NCBI GenBank assembly: GCA_964639385.1
Contig: CAZXCW010000004.1
Span: forward strand, 1 to 40,285
DNA from: an uncultured Nitrospiraceae bacterium
GTDB taxonomy: Bacteria > Nitrospirota > Thermodesulfovibrionia > Thermodesulfovibrionales > SM23-35
Length of the DNA stretch: 40,285 bases
Direction of reading: 5' to 3'
Part shown: piece after piece, positions 17,820-25,461 of the stretch
Position numbering within the stretch: position 1 is the first letter of the stretch
Layout of the letters: every line of letters begins with the position of its first letter
Made by a program: the position numbers and the translations under genes
The notes under the pieces: model-generated
Database searches by the model: none
Seen by the model: the letters and a program-made list of their open reading frames with translations, nothing else
Told to the model about the DNA's origin: nothing

Positions 17820-19343
17820 TTGATTAAAGAGATACAATACTTAAAACCAGAGGACTTGCCAAAGGTTCCCATCGTCCTTGAGGGTATATCATCCCGCTTT
17901 ATTCGGGAAAATAGAGTCATCCCTTTAGAGATTAAAAATAATGTATTGAAGATTTTAATGGCAAACCCTGAGGATAAGGCGACTATAGATGCCCTAAGGG
18001 TAGCGACATTAGCAGATATCATAGTACATGTCACTGACCCGGAGATGCTCGACGAATATATATCCAGATTCTATGGTCAAGAACAACAAAACATAGGAAG
18101 GATAATCGAAGACATTGGGGAAAAGGGTCTTGAGTTCCTTAGAGAAGAGGAAGAAGACATAGGTTATCTCAAAGATTTAGCATCGGAGGCTCCTATAATA
18201 AAGCTCGTTAACCTCTTTATAACAAGGGCTGTTGAAAGCAGGGGAAGCGATATTCACATAGAGCCTTTTGAGGATGAATTAAAGGTCAGATATCGCATAG
18301 ACGGAGTACTGCATGATATAGAATCTGTACCGAAGAGACTTCAGGCAGCGATTGTATCAAGGATAAAGATCATGGCAAAACTTAACATAGCCGAAAGAAG
18401 ATTACCACAGGATGGACGTATCAGGTTAAAGATAGGCGAGAGGGAGATAGACATCAGGGTATCAACGATACCTGTACTTTATGGTGAGAGCGTCGTAATG
18501 AGGCTTCTTGACAAGGAGAGCATCGTCATAGACCTTAACCTCTTAGGATTTTCTCCACAAACACTCTCAGCCTTTAATCAGCTTATTAAAAAGCCAAATG
18601 GGATAATACTTGTCACAGGTCCTACAGGAAGTGGAAAAACAACCACACTCTATGGTGCACTGGATAAGATAAACTCCCCTGACAAAAAGATAATCACCGT
18701 TGAGGACCCGGTTGAGTATCAGCTCAAAGGAGTTAATCAGATACAGGTTAAACCACAGATAGGTCTAAGTTTTGCCAATACCCTTAGACATATCGTCAGG
18801 CAGGACCCCGATATCATTATGATAGGCGAGGTTAGAGACTTAGAGACTGCGGAGATTGCTATACAGGCAGCCCTTACGGGGCATCTTGTATTCTCAACAT
18901 TGCATACAAATGATGCCCCAAGTGCAATCACAAGACTCCTTGATATGGGCGTTGAGAATTTTCTTCTCTCTTCTACTATACGTGGAATTCTAGCCCAGAG
19001 GCTTGTCAGGGTCATCTGTCCTGTATGCAAAGAAATAGACACATCAATTGCCGATAAAGAAGAATTGGCTATCCTTGGTATAAGTGGTGTAACAACCCTT
19101 TACAAAGGTAAAAGATGCGAAAAATGTACCTTTACCGGCTACTATGGCAGAGCAGGGATATTCGAATTCCTCCTCGTCAACGATGATATACGGAAATTAA
19201 TCTTAAAGAATGCTGATTCAAATCAGATAAGGGAAGTAGCAAGGAGGCATGGCATGAAAACCCTGCTTGAGGATGGGGCACAAAAAGTAAAAAGTGGCAT
19301 AACAACCCTAAACGAGGTTCTCCGGGTAACACAGGAGGCATAG
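17820..19343 (+). CDS. gspE: Type II secretion / type IV pilus assembly ATPase GspE/PilB
   Basis: It has a T2SSE N-domain, Walker A GPTGSGKTT, Asp/His boxes (VEDPVEY, MIGEVRD, TGHLVFSTLHTN) and a tetracysteine motif (CPVC...CEKC). Confidence 0.9.
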   Translation: MIKEIQYLKPEDLPKVPIVLEGISSRFIRENRVIPLEIKNNVLKILMANPEDKATIDALRVATLADIIVHVTDPEMLDEYISRFYGQEQQNIGRIIEDIGEKGLEFLREEEEDIGYLKDLASEAPIIKLVNLFITRAVESRGSDIHIEPFEDELKVRYRIDGVLHDIESVPKRLQAAIVSRIKIMAKLNIAERRLPQDGRIRLKIGEREIDIRVSTIPVLYGESVVMRLLDKESIVIDLNLLGFSPQTLSAFNQLIKKPNGIILVTGPTGSGKTTTLYGALDKINSPDKKIITVEDPVEYQLKGVNQIQVKPQIGLSFANTLRHIVRQDPDIIMIGEVRDLETAEIAIQAALTGHLVFSTLHTNDAPSAITRLLDMGVENFLLSSTIRGILAQRLVRVICPVCKEIDTSIADKEELAILGISGVTTLYKGKRCEKCTFTGYYGRAGIFEFLLVNDDIRKLILKNADSNQIREVARRHGMKTLLEDGAQKVKSGITTLNEVLRVTQEA

Positions 19344-20537
19344 ATGGCTATTTTTTCGTATAGGGCAACCACATTGGATGGGACAATCATGGAAGGAGTC
19401 ATCGAGGCTGCAGATGAAAAGGCCGTAATCGAGAGGCTGAAAAATTCAGGCATTATCCCTATAAAGGTTGCTGCACCTAAAGAAGGCATAAAAAGGAGAC
19501 TTACCTTTAGATCATCAAAGGGCGACCTGCTGACATTCACAACTGAGTTGTCTGCGCTTTTAAGTGCGGGGCTTCCTCTGGACAGAAGCCTCAACATACT
19601 CTCGGAGTTATCTGAAAGTAAGGAAATGAAGAACATAATTCAATCCATACTTAAATCCATTAGAGAAGGTAGCTCTTTTTCTGATGCCATAGCAGGGCAT
19701 CCCAAGGTATTCCCAAGGTTATACATAAATATGATAAGGGCTGGCGAGGCTGGCGGGGTGCTGGATGTAGTGCTGGATAAGCTGAGCGAATTTCTTGAGT
19801 CCACAAAAGAACTAAAAGAACACATATTTTCCGCAATGATCTACCCTGCAATTCTAACCGTAGCAGGCGGGATATCAGTCACTGTGCTCCTCACCTACGT
19901 TCTCCCGAAATTTTCTACCATCTTTGCAGAACTTGGAGGTTCATTACCTCTTTCAACACAGATCATCCTAACTTTTAGTAACGGCGTGAGGTCATATTGG
20001 TGGGCCGCCTTACTTTCTATAATCATTTGCTGGATAACCCTCAAGAATTACATAAAATCTGATACAGGCAGATATAGATGGGATGTCTTTAAATTAAAGG
20101 TTATAGGCGAGATTATAAGAAAGCTTGAGACAGCCCGATTCTGCAGAACCCTCGGCACACTTCTCAGAAGCGGGGTACCTCTAATTCAGGCGTTAGGTAA
20201 TGCAAAGGAAGTTATAAGCAATCATGTGATAGCCTCTGCAATTGACGATGTCCTGAAAGGCGCAAAGGAAGGTAAAGGAATAGCGGGTCCCCTCTCCGCT
20301 TTAAATGTCTTTCCTCCCCTTGCCATGTCAATGATAAAGGTTGGAGAAGAAACAGGCCAGCTGGACACTATGCTTATGAAGGTAGCTTCCACTTATGAGA
20401 AAAGCCTCAAAGTAGCCATAAAAAGATTCGTGAGTCTCTTTGAGCCTGCCGTGATCCTCGGAATGGGTTTAATTATTGGTTTTATAGTTATATCAATGCT
20501 TATGGCTATATTCAGCGTGACAGAACTGCCATTCTAA
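19344..20537 (+). CDS. gspF: Type II secretion platform protein GspF/PilC
   Basis: It has the duplicated GspF domain (LSALLSAGLPLDRSL ; LGTLLRSGVPLIQAL) and three TM segments. The gene starts immediately after the gspE stop. Confidence 0.9.
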   Translation: MAIFSYRATTLDGTIMEGVIEAADEKAVIERLKNSGIIPIKVAAPKEGIKRRLTFRSSKGDLLTFTTELSALLSAGLPLDRSLNILSELSESKEMKNIIQSILKSIREGSSFSDAIAGHPKVFPRLYINMIRAGEAGGVLDVVLDKLSEFLESTKELKEHIFSAMIYPAILTVAGGISVTVLLTYVLPKFSTIFAELGGSLPLSTQIILTFSNGVRSYWWAALLSIIICWITLKNYIKSDTGRYRWDVFKLKVIGEIIRKLETARFCRTLGTLLRSGVPLIQALGNAKEVISNHVIASAIDDVLKGAKEGKGIAGPLSALNVFPPLAMSMIKVGEETGQLDTMLMKVASTYEKSLKVAIKRFVSLFEPAVILGMGLIIGFIVISMLMAIFSVTELPF

Positions 20538-21037
20538 TGTACTCAGAACTCAGAACTCAAACTTTCACCCCTTCCTTTACCCTCCCCCCTCAAGGGGGAG
20601 GGACGGGTGGGGGGGATGGTTTCACACTTTTAGAACTGCTTATCGTTCTCTTTCTCATAACCCTCATGCTCGGACTATCCACCATTTTTTTTGCTAACAC
20701 ACTGCCTTCAAGTAAGTTAAATGCAACAGCAAGGGAGATGTCGGCAACCCTCAGGCATGCCAAAGACCTTGCTCTTATAAATGGCCAAAAGCAGACAGTC
20801 ACAATCGATCTTGACTCTAAATATTATGAGACAGAAGGCATTAGTCATAAAAATATTCCCTCTTCCATAAATATCAAAGTGATAGATCCACTATTAGGAG
20901 AGGTTCGGAATGGAAAATACTCCTTTGTATTTGATGCGACTGGTGGTATGGAGGGTGGGACAATCATATTGTCTATGCGTAAAAAAACAGTAAGGATACA
21001 GTTAGATCCTGTAGTTGGATCAGTGGTGATAAAATGA
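20537..21037 (+). CDS. gspH: Minor pseudopilin, GspH/FimT-like, with an unusually long repeat-encoded leader
   Basis: The prepilin motif is G|FTLLELLIVLFLITLML, and the GspH-like core is ATAREMSATLRHAKDLALINGQKQTVTIDL. The ATG overlaps the gspF stop (TAATG). No alternative in-frame start exists before the cleavage motif, which implies a 28-aa leader. Confidence 0.65.
   Translation: MYSELRTQTFTPSFTLPPQGGGTGGGDGFTLLELLIVLFLITLMLGLSTIFFANTLPSSKLNATAREMSATLRHAKDLALINGQKQTVTIDLDSKYYETEGISHKNIPSSINIKVIDPLLGEVRNGKYSFVFDATGGMEGGTIILSMRKKTVRIQLDPVVGSVVIK
20541..20616. repeat. Heptanucleotide repeat (actcaga x2 + actcaaa) followed by a REP-like C/G-rich hairpin and G4 motif, all inside the gspH leader region
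   Basis: The heptamers occupy 20541-20561. The hairpin ccctcccccctcaagggggaggg occupies 20580-20602. The G-run string gggggagggacgggtggggggg occupies 20594-20615. Confidence 0.8.
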
Positions 21038-21471
21038 CACAGAGATTTGGAGACTCATCCCCTTTTCCCCGTTTCCCCTTTTCGTTGGGTTCCCAAAGAG
21101 AGGGGTTTACCCTTCTTGAGGTTCTTTTAGCCCTTGCAATATTAGGTATTGCAATAACAATAATACTTCAGCTTTTCTCTGCCGATCTAAGGGCATTATC
21201 TGTATCCGAGGATTATGTATCAGCCGTCACAAAGGCTGAGGCAAAGATGAGGGATATACTGGATAATGATAATCTCTCAGAAAAATCATGGAGCGAGACA
21301 ACAGACGAAGGCTATAGGTTTGATACATCGATAACCGAAGTGTTAAAAGATAGAACAGAAAACCTTAATGTTCGACTATTAGAGGTTGACCTCACAATAT
21401 ATTGGACAAAAGGCACTAAGAATAAATCTCTAACCCTTAAAACAATGAAGGTCGTAAACAAACAAATATAG
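21034..21471 (+). CDS. gspI: Minor pseudopilin GspI-like
   Basis: G|FTLLEVLLALAILGIAITIIL, with size and position as for GspI. The ATG overlaps the gspH stop (ATGA). The 24-aa leader contains an 8-bp x3 repeat (cccctttt/ccccgttt/cccctttt, 21059-21082). An internal TTG would give a 7-aa leader, MGSQREG. Confidence 0.6.
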   Translation: MTQRFGDSSPFPRFPFSLGSQREGFTLLEVLLALAILGIAITIILQLFSADLRALSVSEDYVSAVTKAEAKMRDILDNDNLSEKSWSETTDEGYRFDTSITEVLKDRTENLNVRLLEVDLTIYWTKGTKNKSLTLKTMKVVNKQI

Positions 21472-22284
21472 ATGAATAATTCATGGAGTAGAGATACGAA
21501 ACTTGATATAAAATCAGGTGGTTGCTTCGTCGGTCTTAGCGACCTCCTCGCAAAGACAAACCCCATCCCTCCCTTTGACCCTTCTGTATCCCCACTTACT
21601 AAGGTCATGACTCGTAGAGGGGGAATTAAAGGGGGGTTAAAGGGGGCTTTTGGTTTTACCCTTCTGGAACTGTTGATTTCTATAGTTATGCTCGGGATTA
21701 TTATTTTAATAATAGTTGGTGCTATGAGACTTGGTTTTCGTTCTGTTGATGCAGGTGAGAAAAAAATGGAATCCCTTGAAAGAATCAGGGCCTCTTTCAA
21801 TATAATGGATTCACAGATCCAGTCCTTAGTCCCGTTAACCTATGTGGAGGAAGGGGAAACAAAATTCTACTTTGCAGGGGACAAAGAGTCTCTACAGTTT
21901 TCAACAAACTACTCGATCTGGGGTGGTCAGAAGGGTTACGTCGTAGTTACATACAAGGTTTTATCCGAAGATAATGGAAAGCCAGCCTTATATGCATCTG
22001 AAAATATTGTAGGTATAGGAAGCAGTGAAGAGACAAAACTATTAGATAACTTTGATGCTCTCTATTTCGAGTATTTCTATAAGGACCCAACAGAGGAGGT
22101 AGGAACTTGGGTCGAGCAATGGACAGATACTTTAAATATGCCGGAAAAAATAAAGGTACATCTTGTTAAGGGAGAAAGAGATCTGTCCATAATTATTCCA
22201 GTGAGGACAAGAAAGTCAATGTTAGAGATACCCTCAGAATCTTCTGGAGAAGAAGAGGAATATACAGCAGAAGAGGAAGAATAG
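21472..22284 (+). CDS. gspJ: Minor pseudopilin GspJ-like (true start possibly ATG 21607)
   Basis: FG|FTLLELLISIVMLGIIILIIVGAMRLGFRSVDAGE...RASFNIMDSQIQ. Starting at 21607 gives a basic 16-aa leader, MTRRGGIKGGLKGAFG. The 21472-21606 stretch is REP-like C-rich DNA. The C-terminal tail is acidic. Confidence 0.6.
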   Translation: MNNSWSRDTKLDIKSGGCFVGLSDLLAKTNPIPPFDPSVSPLTKVMTRRGGIKGGLKGAFGFTLLELLISIVMLGIIILIIVGAMRLGFRSVDAGEKKMESLERIRASFNIMDSQIQSLVPLTYVEEGETKFYFAGDKESLQFSTNYSIWGGQKGYVVVTYKVLSEDNGKPALYASENIVGIGSSEETKLLDNFDALYFEYFYKDPTEEVGTWVEQWTDTLNMPEKIKVHLVKGERDLSIIIPVRTRKSMLEIPSESSGEEEEYTAEEEE

Positions 22285-22306
22285 GATTTATATAATTTAA
22301 CGTGAC

Positions 22307-23278
22307 ATGGGAAATCTAAAAAGAAACCAAAAGACTATGGGATCAGAAAAAGGGATTGCCCTTCTTTTAGTATTATGGGTGTTAACCATCCTGATGGTTC
22401 TTGTCCTTTCCTTTTCTTTTATAACAAAGACCGAGACTTATGCCACCTTATCTTTTAAGCAAGGAGCAGAAAAGAAATTTCTTGCTGAGGCAGGAATAGA
22501 AAGAGGCATTATGGAGCTATTCTACAGAAAACAGAATCGCGGAATGCAGGTTATTTTAGAAGGCACCGAGGTCTGGAAAATAGATGGCACACCCTATAAG
22601 ATCCAGTCAGGAGATGGAGAATATACTGTCATGATTACAGACGAGTCAGCTAAAATAGACATAAATGCAATATCTGATGCAAACTCAGATATTTTAAGAA
22701 ATCTTTTAAAAAACTTAGGGGTTCAGGAAGAGGAGGCTAATACAATAGTAGATTCTATACTGGACTGGAAAGACCCTGACGACCTAATCCATCTCAACGG
22801 CGCTGAGAGTGACTATTATATGTCCCTGCCAAACCCTTATAAGGCAAAGAATGCAGACTTTGATACCATAGAAGAACTTTTGCTGGTTAAAGGAATGACA
22901 CCTGAGATTCTCTATGGAAATGGTGAAAAAAAAGGTATCATTGATTTTCTAACTGTCAATTCTGGGAAGAACAAATTTAATGTCAATGCAGCACCAAAAG
23001 AGGTCCTGATGGCAATTCCGGGTATTACCCCTGAGATTGCTGATGGAATAATAAGTTACAGGGAGACTGAAGAGATTAAGAGCGCGGGGGATGTTGGAAT
23101 TCCACAAGAAAGCATGGGTTATCTTACCTTTAATGATTCCAACATATTCACCATTGATGCTGTTGGTTACAAGGGAAGTGAAAAGGCAGGCTTTCCAATC
23201 CGGGCAACTGTTACCATAGAAGAAGGAAATAAATATCGATATCTCTATTATAAAAGTCCGGCATACATAAAACAATGA
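22307..23278 (+). CDS. gspK: Minor pseudopilin GspK-like
   Basis: The N-terminus is hydrophobic without a conserved Glu5 (EKGIALLLVLWVLTILMVL). There is a helix-hairpin-helix segment, NVNAAPKEVLMAIPGITPEIADGII. Confidence 0.75.
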   Translation: MGNLKRNQKTMGSEKGIALLLVLWVLTILMVLVLSFSFITKTETYATLSFKQGAEKKFLAEAGIERGIMELFYRKQNRGMQVILEGTEVWKIDGTPYKIQSGDGEYTVMITDESAKIDINAISDANSDILRNLLKNLGVQEEEANTIVDSILDWKDPDDLIHLNGAESDYYMSLPNPYKAKNADFDTIEELLLVKGMTPEILYGNGEKKGIIDFLTVNSGKNKFNVNAAPKEVLMAIPGITPEIADGIISYRETEEIKSAGDVGIPQESMGYLTFNDSNIFTIDAVGYKGSEKAGFPIRATVTIEEGNKYRYLYYKSPAYIKQ

Positions 23279-24834
23279 CAGCAACTATTGTTGTAAAGAA
23301 ATTGACAACATTTATCTCCAATTCGGCAGCAGCTTTGGAGAAAATAGGAAGACCTTTGTGGAGGATTCTTACCTTTAGCCCTGCTGATGATATTATCTTT
23401 CCTAAAAAAGCCCTTTGTGTCTCCATTGATAAGGGGAACTTGTCTATTGTCTTTGGTTCAAGACTCTTCTCAAAAATCAACATAAAAGGGGCCAGGAGAT
23501 ATCCTCTTGAAAAAGGCAGATACCCCTCTCCAGAAAACTTAGCTTCCTCAGTAGCGTTAGCCATCAATGATCTCGGCGCTGTCAGAACGGAGGTGACTCT
23601 CAGCATTCCAAAAGCATGGGCCATTATTAAGACCGTTGAGTTTCCATCAACTATAAAAGAAAACCTACCCAACGTGCTTTACTATGAATTGGACAGGATG
23701 ACCCCTTTTAACCCAGAGGACACACTCTATGACTTCAGGATACTGAAAGATGTGAAAGATGAGGCAGGAAAACTCACTCTTTTAGTTATGGCAGCAAAGG
23801 CTAATGTGATAAATCCCTATATAGATGCCCTTAGAGAAAGGGGTATTAATGTCAGTAGATTAATGGCCAATCTTTCAGGAATAGATACTCTATGCCGTTA
23901 TATTGATAAAGGTACAGACTCTATCTTTGTTGAGATAAATGAGAATGGATATGAAGGTGCTTTATTTCTTGATAGTTCTGTAACTGATGTCTTCACAGGA
24001 ACCTTCCCTTCAGAAAACGAGGAACAAAAGGTAGATACAATTTTGAAAGAAATCTTATCCCTTATAGATGTTGCTGAAAAACAGGCTAAGTCTCTTCAGA
24101 TTATGCTGCTTCTGAGAGATAAGAATACTAACCTTAAGGAACTCCTGAAACTAAATATTAATCTGCCTTTAAGAATACTGAACGATTTAGATATAAAGTT
24201 CATGCCCTCAGGACCTCAGAAAGAGCTTTACTATGCTGCTTCTGGAGGTATCTTGGAATCTCTATGGCACAAGGCAAAGGGTCTAAACCTCCTTAAAAAG
24301 GGGCGTCACGAGATACAGAAGACCCCTTTTGCCCTTACAGCAGTACTTATGCTTTCAATATTTGTCATGTGGATTCTCTATATGGCTGCTCCTCTTCGGA
24401 TAGAAAAGAAGCGGCTTGAGGAGATTGACAATCAGATCATGCTTAGAAAGGAAGATGTTAAAAGGGTTGAGGCATTAAAAAAGGAGATGGATACCCTTCA
24501 TGGCGAGGTATCCACAATAAACAATTTTAAAGGAAATAAGCCCATGATTCTGAATTTGCTCAAGGAGCTCACAACTATCCTTCCCCAGAATACCTGGTTG
24601 ACAAGAGTCAGGATCACAGAGTCAACAGTTGATATCGAAGGTTATGCTGGCTCAGCTACTGGTCTTCTGCCAAAGCTTGAGGCATCTAAATATTTTAAGA
24701 AGGCTGAGTTTGCATCGCCTACATTCAGGGATGCAAGACAGAATGCTGATAGATTTATTATTAAGATGGAAATAGAAGGTGTCAAAGTAGAGGGAAAAAA
24801 GGCTGCAGAAGGGGGATCAGATGAGGAAGAGTAA
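23275..24834 (+). CDS. gspL: GspL/PilM-like cytoplasmic domain fused to a TM segment and a PilN-like periplasmic domain
   Basis: It has a ~340-aa cytoplasmic part, a TM segment (FALTAVLMLSIFVMWILYMAA), a coiled coil, and a PilN/GspL-C-like ferredoxin domain (NTWLTRVRITESTVDIEGYA). Position is after gspK. Confidence 0.6.
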   Translation: MTATIVVKKLTTFISNSAAALEKIGRPLWRILTFSPADDIIFPKKALCVSIDKGNLSIVFGSRLFSKINIKGARRYPLEKGRYPSPENLASSVALAINDLGAVRTEVTLSIPKAWAIIKTVEFPSTIKENLPNVLYYELDRMTPFNPEDTLYDFRILKDVKDEAGKLTLLVMAAKANVINPYIDALRERGINVSRLMANLSGIDTLCRYIDKGTDSIFVEINENGYEGALFLDSSVTDVFTGTFPSENEEQKVDTILKEILSLIDVAEKQAKSLQIMLLLRDKNTNLKELLKLNINLPLRILNDLDIKFMPSGPQKELYYAASGGILESLWHKAKGLNLLKKGRHEIQKTPFALTAVLMLSIFVMWILYMAAPLRIEKKRLEEIDNQIMLRKEDVKRVEALKKEMDTLHGEVSTINNFKGNKPMILNLLKELTTILPQNTWLTRVRITESTVDIEGYAGSATGLLPKLEASKYFKKAEFASPTFRDARQNADRFIIKMEIEGVKVEGKKAAEGGSDEEE

Positions 24835-25372
24835 AATATTGATAGCCTCTATTCCTCTAATGATTATACTGATAGTGCTCGTTATATACCGGTATGGATA
24901 TCTGAGGATCCAGACAGAGGTAGCTTCTATCAAAGAAGAACAGGCTATGAAGACAAGGACCCTCGAAAAATATATAAACCTGATCTCAGAGAAACCAAGT
25001 CTGGAAGCAAGGCTTTCTTCACTTAAAGAGACGAGGAAGGCTGAAGATTCGAAACTCATAGAGGGTCAGACTCCTTCACTTGCAGCAGCACAGCTACAAG
25101 AGATAGTTAAAGGCACCATTACAGAAAGAGGGGGAACAATATCCAGCGAAAGGGTTGGAAAACCTGAGGACCTTGGTAAATTCAAGGTTATAAGAGTCAG
25201 TTTAGATGCCATAATACCAGACTCAAGAGCCCTAAGCGAAATTCTTTACTCCATCGAGACGAGAACTCCTTACCTTGTTGTAAAAGAGCTCGATGTAAGG
25301 GTCAGAAATTATAGAGATCCAAGGGAGCTGATAGTAAAACTGGATGTATCAGCCATAACAGGTGCAAGATAA
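24821..25372 (+). CDS. gspM: GspM/PilO-like bitopic inner-membrane protein
   Basis: It has an N-terminal TM segment (ILIASIPLMIILIVLVIY), a coiled coil and a C-terminal alpha/beta domain (LSEILYSIETRTPYLVVKELDV). It overlaps the gspL end. Confidence 0.55.
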   Translation: MRKSKILIASIPLMIILIVLVIYRYGYLRIQTEVASIKEEQAMKTRTLEKYINLISEKPSLEARLSSLKETRKAEDSKLIEGQTPSLAAAQLQEIVKGTITERGGTISSERVGKPEDLGKFKVIRVSLDAIIPDSRALSEILYSIETRTPYLVVKELDVRVRNYRDPRELIVKLDVSAITGAR

Positions 25373-25461
25373 TAAAAATAAAAATTTTTTCTATAGAACT
25401 TGAGCTTAACCCGAATAATGCAGACATTGTTCAAAAATTTATTTAAAGGAGATGAACCTTT

